Notes: a model not told the origin generated them from the sequence alone. 64,000 nt of DNA from Lachnospiraceae bacterium UBA1759 (GCA_002315555.1 DCHF01000030.1:1537-65536); one strand, 5' to 3'; positions 9,143-19,397 are shown, counted from the stretch's first letter. A program made the numbers and translations.

Positions 9143-9897
9143 AAGCTGAAAAACTGAATCCCTCTGTCACCATGGGCACGATCCTCGCCGGGGCCATCGC
9201 CCTGTCATTCCAGTATTACATCACCATTAACGTTGTGGTATTCCTGGGCTTCATGCTGGCGCTTCTGTTCTTCTCCGATGCGAAGAAAAAGAGCATTCTC
9301 GCGCTTCTTCTTCCGGCAATTTTTGCCGCCCTCGGTCTCTTTTTCATGGGACTTTACTATGCGCGCGGAAGTAGTGTGACTGCGGAGGAGATGGAAAACG
9401 TGTCCAATCTTCCTTATGCGGTGCGCGCGGCGGCATCGGCCAATTTCCGCACCGCCCTTCAGCTGGCCACACGCCTCCTGGCCTTTGCCGGCATGGGCAT
9501 CTTCTTCGGCCTGACTACGGACGGCGAACGTCTGGTGTTCAGCCTGATGCACCAGTGCCACCTTTCGCCCAAGTTTGCGTATGGCACTCTGGCGGCTGTG
9601 AACCTGATTCCCAATATGGTCAAGGAATACAGCCAGGTGCGGACGGCATTTGAAATGCGCGGGCTGCACGTGGGACCATTGTCCACCAAGGTCATGTTCA
9701 CCATGCTGGTCAACAGCATTCGATGGTCCGAGTCCGTCGCCATGGCCATGGAATCCAAGGGCTTCTGCAGCGATGAGCCGCGCACGTACCACTACACGAT
9801 GCGCGTGAAATGGTACGACATTTTGTTTGCGGTGGTTGTCCTCGGCGGCATTATCATCGGAACGATCGTCCTCACCAACATTCCGGGCAGCTTCTGA
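9139..9897 (+). CDS. ykoC: ECF transporter T component (EcfT/CbiQ family), YkoC-type
   Basis: 252-aa membrane protein with ATGA overlap to ykoD. C-terminal R-x-x-E-x-x-x-A-M-E-S-(K/R)G-type motif (SIRWSESVAMAMESKGF), characteristic of T components. Confidence 0.8.
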   Translation: MKAEKLNPSVTMGTILAGAIALSFQYYITINVVVFLGFMLALLFFSDAKKKSILALLLPAIFAALGLFFMGLYYARGSSVTAEEMENVSNLPYAVRAAASANFRTALQLATRLLAFAGMGIFFGLTTDGERLVFSLMHQCHLSPKFAYGTLAAVNLIPNMVKEYSQVRTAFEMRGLHVGPLSTKVMFTMLVNSIRWSESVAMAMESKGFCSDEPRTYHYTMRVKWYDILFAVVVLGGIIIGTIVLTNIPGSF

Positions 9898-10015
9898 GCA
9901 GGCCTGCTCCGGATCCCGGAAAATTCCCTCAGCAAGGTGAAAACATTTGCCATATGAGACATATAATGTATAATTGATATATCAATATACCCTTATGGAT
10001 ATGTACGGAGGGAAC

Positions 10016-10906
10016 ATGGCTGTTTTTGTAATTGAAAATGAATATCTTCAGGCGACCGTGAACGAAAACGGCGCCGAACTCGTGAGCCTTGTCAAAAAGG
10101 CCACCGGTGAGAACTATATGGGCGGGAACGATGCGCGTTACTGGAATCGCGTGTCTCCCGTCCTGTTTCCGTTTGTGGGCAAGGTAAATAAAAAGGCCTA
10201 CCGCTATGACGGAACGGAATATACGGGCATCCCGCAGCACGGTTTTGCCCGCGACTCGGTGTTTGCGCTGAAGGAGGAAAACGGCGACAGCGTCCGGTTT
10301 GAACTGACCCCGAACGAGCTTTTTGCGGGTAATTACCCGTTTGACTTTGTGCTGGAGATCGGGTACAAGCTGAAGGGCAATGTGCTGACCGTTTCCTGGA
10401 ACGTGAAGAATAACGGCGACGGTCCGATGTATTTCTCCATCGGCGCGCATCCCGCGTTCCGCTGCCCGGCACCCGGTACGGCGGACACCTCGATGGACGG
10501 GTATGCCATCGATCTGCATAACGGCAGCGACACTTTAGTCAGCGGCACTTTAAACGCCGACGGCACCCTGACGGATGAAGTCCGCACCTTCCCAATGGAG
10601 AACGGCAGACTGATGCTTTCCGATGAGATCTTTGCCAGAGACGCGCTGGTAGTGGATTCTGCGGACATCAAAAAAGCATCGCTCGTGGCTCCGGACGGCA
10701 GCACCTATCTGGAAGTGGAGTTTGACACGCCGCTCCTGGGCCTCTGGTCTCCGGCAGGCAAGCACGCGCCGTTCCTCTGCATCGAGCCCTGGTACGGTCG
10801 CTGCGACCGCGAAGGATACACGGGAACATTGGAAGAGCGCGAATACGGAAATGTGCTGGAAAAGGGTGCGGAATTTGAGGCGGCATATACGATTTCTGTA
10901 TTGTAA
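10016..10906 (+). CDS. Aldose 1-epimerase (galactose mutarotase-like) family protein
   Basis: The in-frame ATG at 10016 is preceded by GGAGGG, so I prefer it to the track start at 9974. MAVFVIENEYLQATVNENGAELVSL..., FPFVG, IPQHGFAR, GAHPAF and EPW blocks are typical of the family. Confidence 0.8.
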   Translation: MAVFVIENEYLQATVNENGAELVSLVKKATGENYMGGNDARYWNRVSPVLFPFVGKVNKKAYRYDGTEYTGIPQHGFARDSVFALKEENGDSVRFELTPNELFAGNYPFDFVLEIGYKLKGNVLTVSWNVKNNGDGPMYFSIGAHPAFRCPAPGTADTSMDGYAIDLHNGSDTLVSGTLNADGTLTDEVRTFPMENGRLMLSDEIFARDALVVDSADIKKASLVAPDGSTYLEVEFDTPLLGLWSPAGKHAPFLCIEPWYGRCDREGYTGTLEEREYGNVLEKGAEFEAAYTISVL

Positions 10907-10993
10907 TGATCCGGAAAGCAGACCGAATCCACATTTTTCAAGCAATTTAAAGCGAAAAATATATACAAACATATTTGTTTAAGGAGAATCACC

Positions 10994-13186
10994 ATGGCTT
11001 TCATAAGAGACAAAAAAGAAGAGCGTACCGGCTACCAGAACAGCAACCCTATCAGCCCGCGCTCCGATAACCAGTGCGACTTCGTCATGTGCTACGGCAT
11101 CGACCCGACCATGCCTGCGCGCATCAAGGAATACAAGGAAAACGGCTATGTGGTACAGCTGATGACCGGTATCGCCTGGGGCGAATACCAGGACTATCTG
11201 TACGGCAAGTTTGACGGCCGCGACCATTGGGATGAGGCCCAGACCGACCGCTTCGGCAACAAGATCCTGCACGGCAAGGACGTTCCGTATATGTGCCCGA
11301 CCCTTTCCTTCATCGATTACCTGACGGAAAAGCTGAAGGTCGCCGTCGATGCGGGCGTTGAAGCGATCCACGTCGAGGAGCCGGAATACTGGGAAAGAGC
11401 CGGCTATTCCGAAGCCTTCAAGCGTGAATATCTGCTGTATTACAGAAAACCGTGGGAACCGGCGTATTCAAGCGTGGACGCGGCATACAAGTGCGCGAAG
11501 CTGAAAGCATATCTGTTCTCGAGAGCCATCGACCATATCAGCGCGTCCTTAAAGGACTACGCGCTTTTGAAGTACGGCCGTCAGCTCCGTTTTTATGTGC
11601 CGACGCACTCCCTGTTAAACTACACCATGTGGAAGATCATCTCTCCGGAAGGCAAACTTGCCGATATTCCGGGCGTGGACGGCTGCATCGCACAGGTCTG
11701 GACCGGCACCTCCCGTGAGGCCAACTGGTACGATGGCAAGTTCAAGGAGCGTACCTTTGAGACCGCGTTCCTGGAGTACGGCGTCATGCAGGAGCTGGTC
11801 AAGGGCACCGGCCGTCACATGTGGTTTGAAAACGACCCGATCGAAGACTGGCCGGAATACGACTGGGACGATTACCGCTATAATTATCTGGGCACCATCG
11901 CCGCGTCCCTGATGCACCCGAAGGTCAATACCTACGAGATCCTTCCGTGGCCGGACCGTATCTTCTACGGAAAATATCCGCGCCGCGTTCCGGGCGTGGA
12001 GGGTAAGACCATCCCGGGCGAATATGCGACCATTCTGAACAACATGTTCCAGACGCTCGGCAACATCGAGGCCGGCGAGTCCTCCGGCATCCGCGTGGGT
12101 GTGTTGACCGGTGACGCGCAGCTTTACCAGCGCACCTATCCGGACATCGAGTTTACGGAGGCAAGAAAGAACATCGTCGGCTCCCTGCTGCACGATGAAA
12201 AGGACCTGGTCACCCGCTTTGAAAAGGATCTCTTTACGGATCCGGACAATAACCGCGAGCTCCAGCTGGAGTACATGCAGGCCATTGCTTTCCCGTCCTT
12301 CCTGTCCATCGCCCTGCCGCTGTTAAAGTACGGCATCCCGGTCCGCCCGGTCCTTCTGGACAACGCGCGCCGCTACACCGGCTACCTGAACGACTATGAC
12401 GTGCTCATCATGAGCTATGAATACATGAAGCCGGATTATCCGGATGCCAATAATGCGCTTGCGGAGTGGGTGCGCCAGGGTGGCGTTCTCCTTTACGTGG
12501 GCGATGGCACCGATCCCTTCCACAAGATCGACAGCTGGTGGACCGGAAAGTACGAGACTCCGGCGCATCATCTGTTTGAGATGCTGGGCATCGAGCCCAA
12601 GGAAAAACAGGAGATCTTTGAGGTCGGCAAGGGCCGCGCGGCGGTCTTCTGCGAGAACCCCATCGTCTTCAGCTACAACAAAGCCAATGCCGATGAACTC
12701 CGTGCATTCTTCAAGAAGGCGGCGGAGGACAAGCTCGGCGAGATCGTCTACAAGAACTGGCTGATGGTGGATCGCGATCCGTACATCGTCGCAGCGGTCA
12801 TGGACGAAAGCGTAAACGAGGACCCGATGACCTTAAAGGGCCTGTTTGTAGATATGTTTGCCCCGGAGCTCGACATCATCACGGAGAAAGTCCTTCAGCC
12901 CAATGAAAATACGATGCTTTGTGACCTTTCCAGGATCAATGAGGACCTCTGCATCCTGGGAACTTCCGTCCGCGTCTTCTCGCTGAAGCAGAAGGACGAA
13001 CGCATCGAGTTGGTCGTCCGCGGTTCCGCAGACTTTAAGGCCGTCATCCGTGTCAAGGTTCCGTTTGAAATCACAAGCGCCAAGATGGGCCGCAGGAAGA
13101 TCGATTTCACTTACGATGCGGCAAGCAAGTCCGTTCTTGTTTCCTACGACAGCACCGTCGGCGAAAAGAAAATTGTATTAAAGTGA
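10994..13186 (+). CDS. Uncharacterised 730-aa protein, possibly glycan-active (context only)
   Basis: Strong RBS AAGGAGA. Codon usage matches its neighbours. No family recognised by eye. An IHVEEPEYWERAGYSE segment and W/Y-rich blocks resemble TIM-barrel glycosidases. It sits 10 nt upstream of the GH38 mannosidase. Confidence 0.75.
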   Translation: MAFIRDKKEERTGYQNSNPISPRSDNQCDFVMCYGIDPTMPARIKEYKENGYVVQLMTGIAWGEYQDYLYGKFDGRDHWDEAQTDRFGNKILHGKDVPYMCPTLSFIDYLTEKLKVAVDAGVEAIHVEEPEYWERAGYSEAFKREYLLYYRKPWEPAYSSVDAAYKCAKLKAYLFSRAIDHISASLKDYALLKYGRQLRFYVPTHSLLNYTMWKIISPEGKLADIPGVDGCIAQVWTGTSREANWYDGKFKERTFETAFLEYGVMQELVKGTGRHMWFENDPIEDWPEYDWDDYRYNYLGTIAASLMHPKVNTYEILPWPDRIFYGKYPRRVPGVEGKTIPGEYATILNNMFQTLGNIEAGESSGIRVGVLTGDAQLYQRTYPDIEFTEARKNIVGSLLHDEKDLVTRFEKDLFTDPDNNRELQLEYMQAIAFPSFLSIALPLLKYGIPVRPVLLDNARRYTGYLNDYDVLIMSYEYMKPDYPDANNALAEWVRQGGVLLYVGDGTDPFHKIDSWWTGKYETPAHHLFEMLGIEPKEKQEIFEVGKGRAAVFCENPIVFSYNKANADELRAFFKKAAEDKLGEIVYKNWLMVDRDPYIVAAVMDESVNEDPMTLKGLFVDMFAPELDIITEKVLQPNENTMLCDLSRINEDLCILGTSVRVFSLKQKDERIELVVRGSADFKAVIRVKVPFEITSAKMGRRKIDFTYDAASKSVLVSYDSTVGEKKIVLK

Positions 13187-13196
13187 GGTAACGATC

Positions 13197-16151
13197 ATGC
13201 CGTTTAATAACGACAAAGCACCGAATAAAAAGAATACCGACGCTTTCCGCCGCTTGGAGGAAGCGCTGTTTGAAAAGGCATACGTTCCCGTTGCACCGAT
13301 GACCTGCACGGCCTATGTCACGGAGGAGCCGGTCTCCTTTGAAGAAAAATGCCGCGGCCGTGAGCAAAAGATCGAGGTCGGCGACAAGTGGGCGGAAAAC
13401 GTCTTTGACTGCGCGTGGTTCCACATGGAGGGCGAGATCCCGGAGCGCTACCAGGCGTCCCCGGTCGTCTACCTGATCAACTGCGGCGGTGAAGGCCTGA
13501 TCTACACGAAGGACGGTGAAGCGAAGCAGAGCATCACCTGCTACGCATCCGAGTATGACTACAGTCTCGGCAAGCCGGAAAAGAAGGTGGTCTTAAACCG
13601 CGGCCTTTCCGAAGGCCGCCGGGTCGATTTCTGGATCGACGGCGCAGCCAATGACCTCTTCGGCATCATGCAGGGGGAGTCTCGCTTTGCGCTTATGAGC
13701 ATTGCCGTGGAAAACCCGACTGTCCGCAGCCTGTACTATGACGTGCAGGTGCTGACCTATATTTACGAATACGCGGAAAACAGCGATTTTACCGAGCGGA
13801 TCTACGAAGCACTCGCAGCACTTCCGTCCGCCGATGTGATTACTGAAAACAACGCAGCGGTCTATCGTGCAGCGCTGGCACCGTTCCTTTCCGAAAAGAA
13901 CGACGACGGCGCGATGACCTACACCGGTATCGGCCACGCGCATCTGGACCTGGCATGGGAATGGCCCATCCGCGAAAGCAAGCGTAAAGGCGCACGTACC
14001 TTCACATCTCAGCTGATGAACATGGAACGCTATCCGGACTACATCTTCGGTGCGTCCCAGGCTCAGCTTTACGACTGGATGAAGACCGACTACCCGGCCA
14101 TTTACGAAAAAGTCAAAGCCGCCGCAGCCGATGGACGTCAGTGGGAAGTCCAGGGTGCCACCTGGGTCGAACCGGACAGCAACCTGATCAGCGGCGAAAG
14201 TCTGATCCGCCAGTTCTACTACGGCAAGAAATTCTTTAACGAAGAGTTCGGTCAGGACATGCAGATCTTCTGGGTCCCGGACTCTTTCGGTTATTCCGCA
14301 TGTATCCCTCAGGTAATGAAGCAGGCTGAGGTTCCTTACTTCCTGACCCAGAAAATGAGCTGGAACACCATCACCGAGTTCCCGTACCACACCTTCTTCT
14401 GGGAAGGTCTGGACGGAACCAGGGTCTTTGCGCACATGCTGCCCGAAAGCACCTACAACAGTCCGGTACGTCCGGACCGTATGATCAACGGTGAGAAAAA
14501 CTATAAGGAACGCGCCATTTCCGATGAAGCCGGCATGCTGTTCGGCATCGGCGACGGCGGTGCGGGTCCGGGATTTGAGCACATCGAGCGCATGCACCGT
14601 CTGGCCGATGTGAAGCAGGTTCCGCGCGTGAAGCCCGGCAAGATGCTGGATCTTTTCAGGAGCCTGGATGCCTCCGGCAAGCCGTGGCCCACATACAGTG
14701 GCGAGCTGTATCTCCAGCGCCATCAGGGCACGTATACTACACAGTCCAAAAACAAGGCCATGAACCGCCGCTGTGAGATCCTTCTCCGCAACTACGAGCT
14801 GCTCTATGCAGCCGCAAAGGAGCAGGGCATCGACGTCCCGGTTACCATGGAGGAGATCGAGACCATTTGGAAGGAAGTGCTTCTGTACCAGTTCCATGAC
14901 ATTCTCCCGGGCTCCTCCATCAGCCGTGTTTACGAAGAGACCAGCCCGCGTTACGACCTGATCGCGGAGACGCTGACGAGCGGCATCCGCAAACTTGCGA
15001 ATGCATTGTCCGATGATCGCGGCTTCTTCAACGCGACCTCGTACGGATACCGCCATACATACAAAAAAGCGGGCAAATGGTACATGATCGACCTTCCGGC
15101 AATGAGTATGGCCTCTCAGGAGAACGCCGCGGAAATCGCTGATTTTAAGGCTTCTGCGGGCGATGACTATCTGGAGAATGACTGCGTGAAGGCCGTGTTT
15201 AAGGACGGCGCGATCGTCTCTCTCACGGACGTGAAGACCGGCCGCGAATTCGTTCCGGAAAACGCGCCGATGAACGTCTTCTCCCAGTACACCGACATCG
15301 GCGACTGCTGGGACATTCGCCCCGAAAAGTATCAGGACACCCGTCGCGACGCAAAATGCGTCCGCTTTGAAACAAGCGTGGACGGTCCGGAAGCCACGGC
15401 GGCTGCGACCTACCTGATCGGCAATACCTACATCCGCGAGACCTTCCGCATTACGGACGGTTCCCCCGCGGTCAGTATCAATATCGACATGGACGTCCGC
15501 CAGAAGAACGCCATGCTCCGCGTGGCTTTCCCGACCAACCTTCAGACCGATGAAGCTTCCTTTAATGTTCAGTTCGGCCACCTGAAGCGCACCGTGCTGG
15601 AGCGCAACGACGACGAGCTGGCCCAGTACGAGGTCTGCGCGCAGAAGTTCGTGGACCTGTCCGAAGAGGCCTGCGGCCTGTCCGTCATCAACGACTGCAA
15701 GTACGGCTACCGTTGTAAGTACGGCGTGGTGGACATCGACCTGGTGCGTGCACCGAAGCACGGCCCCGGCGATCACGTGGATCAGGGCCCGCAGAGCGTT
15801 AAGCTGGTTCTTCTGCCGCACGAAGGAAAGCTGTCCGCAGAGACTTACAAGGCGGCCTATGTGCTGAACAACCCGGCCATCGAGGTCGAGGGCAAGGGGC
15901 TTGGCAAACTGCCGGCATTTACGTCGGAGAACGAGAACATCGTCGTGGAGAGCGTCAAAGTCCCGGACGATGGCAACGGCGTGATCCTGCGCTGCTACAA
16001 CGCCTCCGAGGTCCCGCAGAAGTTTGCGGTCACCATCGAGGGCATGAAGGCAGCCGAACTCGTCAATATTCCGGAGCATCACGTTGCGGATATGAAGGAC
16101 GAACTGACGCTCGGCGCATTCGAGCTCGTAAACGTCCGTTTTGTAAAATAA
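13197..16151 (+). CDS. Alpha-mannosidase, glycoside hydrolase family 38
   Basis: 984 aa. GIGHAHLDLAWEWPIRESKRKGARTFTSQL, FWVPDSFGYS and QFHDILPGSSI blocks are GH38 hallmarks. Confidence 0.9.
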   Translation: MPFNNDKAPNKKNTDAFRRLEEALFEKAYVPVAPMTCTAYVTEEPVSFEEKCRGREQKIEVGDKWAENVFDCAWFHMEGEIPERYQASPVVYLINCGGEGLIYTKDGEAKQSITCYASEYDYSLGKPEKKVVLNRGLSEGRRVDFWIDGAANDLFGIMQGESRFALMSIAVENPTVRSLYYDVQVLTYIYEYAENSDFTERIYEALAALPSADVITENNAAVYRAALAPFLSEKNDDGAMTYTGIGHAHLDLAWEWPIRESKRKGARTFTSQLMNMERYPDYIFGASQAQLYDWMKTDYPAIYEKVKAAAADGRQWEVQGATWVEPDSNLISGESLIRQFYYGKKFFNEEFGQDMQIFWVPDSFGYSACIPQVMKQAEVPYFLTQKMSWNTITEFPYHTFFWEGLDGTRVFAHMLPESTYNSPVRPDRMINGEKNYKERAISDEAGMLFGIGDGGAGPGFEHIERMHRLADVKQVPRVKPGKMLDLFRSLDASGKPWPTYSGELYLQRHQGTYTTQSKNKAMNRRCEILLRNYELLYAAAKEQGIDVPVTMEEIETIWKEVLLYQFHDILPGSSISRVYEETSPRYDLIAETLTSGIRKLANALSDDRGFFNATSYGYRHTYKKAGKWYMIDLPAMSMASQENAAEIADFKASAGDDYLENDCVKAVFKDGAIVSLTDVKTGREFVPENAPMNVFSQYTDIGDCWDIRPEKYQDTRRDAKCVRFETSVDGPEATAAATYLIGNTYIRETFRITDGSPAVSINIDMDVRQKNAMLRVAFPTNLQTDEASFNVQFGHLKRTVLERNDDELAQYEVCAQKFVDLSEEACGLSVINDCKYGYRCKYGVVDIDLVRAPKHGPGDHVDQGPQSVKLVLLPHEGKLSAETYKAAYVLNNPAIEVEGKGLGKLPAFTSENENIVVESVKVPDDGNGVILRCYNASEVPQKFAVTIEGMKAAELVNIPEHHVADMKDELTLGAFELVNVRFVK

Positions 16152-16187
16152 AAAAGCCTGCCGCGGAGCGGGCAGGAGGAGAAGAAA

Positions 16188-17027
16188 ATGCCTTTATGTA
16201 CGATCAAAGAAAATGTGGATATTTTTTATGAGGAGTATGGCACCGGGACGCGGTACCTGCTCTGCACACAGGTCGGCCATGCGCTGTTTTCCATGGAAAA
16301 GGAGCTCGCAAAGCGCGGTTTCCATGTATACCTTCTGACGAACCGCGGCTTTGGACGGTCCACGCATGTTTTCGGTGAACCGGAAAAGAACTGGTATGAT
16401 ATGTGGGCGGACGATGTCGTCGCCTTTGCCGACGCCATGGGAATCGGCACCTTCACCTATTGCGGCGCTTCACACGGCGCCGGCACCGGCTGGCACCTGG
16501 TCCTTCGCCATCCGGAACGGGTGGAATGCTTCTTTGCGATCGTTCCGGGCCCGCATTCCCTGGCGGAGGGCAGCATGTCCTACCGCAACATGCTTGAGCT
16601 CGGTCTGGTGGAGCCCAAGCCGATGGTCATGCCCACCGATGACCCGCGCCTCATCGCCCGCCGCGAAAAGCAGGCGGCTCATGAGGAAGCGGAACGCCGC
16701 GAGCCGGACCACGACGCGATCTTCAACGCGCCGGAGATCAAGGCCATCGAATACGGCCGCCCGCTTGCGTACCTCGGCAGCGAGGAGGCGCTTCTTGAAG
16801 CGTTGAAGACCATTGAGATCCCCGTGCTGATCATCGGCGGAACGGAAGACTTTATCTCCCGTCCGGACCTGATGATGCGTACGGCGGCCTGCCTGAAGAA
16901 CTGCAAGACGGTCGTTTACAGCGGATTCGGTCACGGCATTGACATCTGCGAGGAAATGGCCTCGGAGGCGGAGCGTTTCTACCGGAACGTGAAGGAGACC
17001 GGAAGATTTTACGACGCGGTCGAGTGA
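16188..17027 (+). CDS. Alpha/beta-fold hydrolase
   Basis: 279 aa. Nucleophile elbow GASHG and C-terminal GFGHG (catalytic His region). RBS AGGAGGAG. Confidence 0.8.
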   Translation: MPLCTIKENVDIFYEEYGTGTRYLLCTQVGHALFSMEKELAKRGFHVYLLTNRGFGRSTHVFGEPEKNWYDMWADDVVAFADAMGIGTFTYCGASHGAGTGWHLVLRHPERVECFFAIVPGPHSLAEGSMSYRNMLELGLVEPKPMVMPTDDPRLIARREKQAAHEEAERREPDHDAIFNAPEIKAIEYGRPLAYLGSEEALLEALKTIEIPVLIIGGTEDFISRPDLMMRTAACLKNCKTVVYSGFGHGIDICEEMASEAERFYRNVKETGRFYDAVE

Positions 17028-18376
17028 AGATTCAACCGATCCTGAACCTTCTTAAACAGGATCAGGAAGCAGATGATATGGATTCCTGCGGTGATCGCCC
17101 ATGAAAGAGGGTAGGACATAAACAGGTTTCCGAGAGATCTGTGAGCCTTGAAATAGGTCATGATCCACACGATCCGGAAGACGCAGGAGCCCATGAGGGA
17201 AACGATCATCGGCATCAGGGATGCGCCGATGCCACGGAGCGCGCCGACCATGGTATCCATCATACCACACAGAAAATACAGTCGCGCAACATAACTTAGA
17301 CGGGTCATGCCATATGAGACGGCCTCGGTATTGTCCGTGTAAAGACGGAGCAGAACATTGCCGGCAAGGTAACAGCCGCCGCCCATCAGAATACCGGTCA
17401 GGGATACCAGGATCAGGCACATGCCGGTGACCTTCCAGATATTGCTCAGCTTCTTGGCCCCCAGGTTCTGTGAAACGAAGCTGATGCAGGTCTGGTAGAA
17501 CGCGTTCATGGCGGTGTAGATAAAGCCCTCCAGGTTGGACGCGGCGGTATTGCCGGCCATTGCGGTGGAGCCGAAGGAGTTGATGGAGGACTGGATCAGT
17601 ACATTGGAGAAGGAGAACAGGACACCCTGCAGACCGGCCGGAAGACCAATGGCCAGAATATCCGGCAGTTTGCTTCGGGTGATCTTCAGCTTGTGGATGT
17701 CCAGACGGACAGCACCCTCCGTACGCAGGAGGCAGCGGATGATCAGATAGCAGGACAGCGCTTGAGAGGCGACGGTCGCGATGGCTACACCGGCCACACC
17801 GATGCGCAGGACTACAACGAAGAACAGGTTCAGGACCAGGTTTACCACGCCGGCGATGATCAGGAAGTACATCGGCCGTTTGGTATCACCGACGGCACGC
17901 AGCGTGGCGGCGGCGAAGTTGTAGACCATGTTGAACGGCATACCGAGGAAATAGATGCGAAGGTACAGGGCTGCCTGATCGATGACATCCTCGGGAGAGC
18001 CCATCCAGACCAGGAAGATCCGTGCAAAAATGAAGCCGATGACAGCGAGCAGGGTGCCGAAGATGAGGCCGAGGCAGATGGAGGTGTGGTTGACCTCCTC
18101 CACGTCGCGGGTGCGACCGGCGCCGAAGTTGCGGGCAACAAGAACATTGGTGCCAACGGAAAGGCCCATGAAAAGGCCGATGAGCAGGTTGACCAGGGAG
18201 CCGGTGGAGCCGACGGCGGCAAGCGCGGTCTCGTCCACACATTTGCCGACGACGATCACATCGACCGCGTTAAATAACAGCTGCAGCATGCCGGAAAGCA
18301 TCAGCGGCACGGCATAAACGATCAGTTTTTTAAGGAGCGGCCCGGAGGTCATGTCCATTTCATACTTACGGTTCAT
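17009..18376 (-). CDS. MATE family efflux transporter
   Basis: The start at 18376 (MNRKYEMDMTSGPLLKKLIVYAVPLMLSGMLQLLFNAVD...) is preceded by GTAGGAGA. The track's longer start at 18529 has no RBS. 12-TM pattern with a duplicated MATE repeat. Confidence 0.9.
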   Translation of the reverse strand: MNRKYEMDMTSGPLLKKLIVYAVPLMLSGMLQLLFNAVDVIVVGKCVDETALAAVGSTGSLVNLLIGLFMGLSVGTNVLVARNFGAGRTRDVEEVNHTSICLGLIFGTLLAVIGFIFARIFLVWMGSPEDVIDQAALYLRIYFLGMPFNMVYNFAAATLRAVGDTKRPMYFLIIAGVVNLVLNLFFVVVLRIGVAGVAIATVASQALSCYLIIRCLLRTEGAVRLDIHKLKITRSKLPDILAIGLPAGLQGVLFSFSNVLIQSSINSFGSTAMAGNTAASNLEGFIYTAMNAFYQTCISFVSQNLGAKKLSNIWKVTGMCLILVSLTGILMGGGCYLAGNVLLRLYTDNTEAVSYGMTRLSYVARLYFLCGMMDTMVGALRGIGASLMPMIVSLMGSCVFRIVWIMTYFKAHRSLGNLFMSYPLSWAITAGIHIICFLILFKKVQDRLNLHSTAS

Positions 18377-18540
18377 ATGTTCTCCTACAATGAAGCGGGA
18401 TCCGGAATCGGGCAGAGGTTTCGAATGCGCATAATCATAATTAATATAACAAAATACACCGGCCTTTGCAATCGCAACAGTGAGGCACGGGCAGACTGAA
18501 CGTGTGAAACGTAAAAAACAATATGACAAGGAGAAGAAGG

Positions 18541-19389
18541 ATGAACTTATCTGAAAAATACCCCTTTACCATTGTGGAACAGTTGGACACGGACCTGTGG
18601 GTCGTGGAAGAAATGGGCAGTAATATGTTCATTATCCGAGGAACGGAAAAGGTGCTTCTCATTGACACCGCCTATGGACTCACGGATATCAGAGCCCTGA
18701 TCCGCGATCTGTGCGGTGATCTCCCGGTGGTCGTGATCAACTCGCATGAGCACGGTGACCACAATTCCGGCAACAATCAGTTTGATACGGTACATGTGGG
18801 CCGGTTCGGCGAACCGTTCTCTCATGAGCCGATGACGGAAGAGGGGAAAAAGCATCTGTACGAATTTGTGGGCTGGCGGTTCACCGGTCTGCCCTTTGAT
18901 TATGAGAAGTGGTGTCCGGGTCCGGCGGAACACGTGGAACCGGTACAGGAGGGCGATGTCCTTTCGATTGGCGGATACACCTTTAAGGTGATCGAAACAC
19001 CCGGCCACAGCCTTGGTGAGATCGCGCTGTTCGAAGAAAGCAAGCGCTGGCTGTTCACCGGAGATTCGGTCCTGACCTGGGAGGTCTGGGGACAGCTGAA
19101 GACCTCCGCGGCGCTTCGTTATTACGCGGAGAGTCTGGAAAAGCTGGCAGCCTATGAGGCACGGACGGACCGCGTATTCCCCGCGCACAGCGTGGAGGAA
19201 CGCCCGGCGGATTGCGGCCGGTTTGAACTTCCGCCGAGGGTCCTTTCCGTATATGCCCGCGGAACACGGGAGATCGTGGACGGTATCCGGACCGGAAGGC
19301 CGTATGAAGAAAAGAATCCCATGTTTGCCGGATGCCGGTATGAGCTGTTTGACATCGGCGGCATGGCGTATGATCCGGAACGGATCTGA
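18541..19389 (+). CDS. MBL-fold metallo-hydrolase
   Basis: HEHGDHNSGN (H-x-H-x-D-H) motif, a later GH and D..L..E..G blocks. ATG 18541 follows AAGGAGAAGAAGG. Confidence 0.85.
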   Translation: MNLSEKYPFTIVEQLDTDLWVVEEMGSNMFIIRGTEKVLLIDTAYGLTDIRALIRDLCGDLPVVVINSHEHGDHNSGNNQFDTVHVGRFGEPFSHEPMTEEGKKHLYEFVGWRFTGLPFDYEKWCPGPAEHVEPVQEGDVLSIGGYTFKVIETPGHSLGEIALFEESKRWLFTGDSVLTWEVWGQLKTSAALRYYAESLEKLAAYEARTDRVFPAHSVEERPADCGRFELPPRVLSVYARGTREIVDGIRTGRPYEEKNPMFAGCRYELFDIGGMAYDPERI

Positions 19390-19397
19390 ATAAAAAA

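Noticed and set aside
9896-9909. The GAGCAGGCCTGCTC palindrome after ykoC, considered as a terminator.
   Set aside because: A perfect palindrome with no loop gives at most a 5-bp stem, and no U-tract follows. The evidence is too weak to call.
13593-16082. Very long antisense ORFs in the track, for example 13593-16082 (829 aa), 35467-37881 (804 aa), 7655-8968, 41580-43055, 55422-56591, 4968-5861 and 26203-27099.
   Set aside because: Each lies entirely opposite an ORF with clear family motifs (GH38, GH42-like/ADH, YkoD, amidohydrolase, GH63-like and others). They have no RBS and an R/A/G/H/L-rich composition typical of shadow frames in GC-rich coding DNA. I treat them as non-coding.
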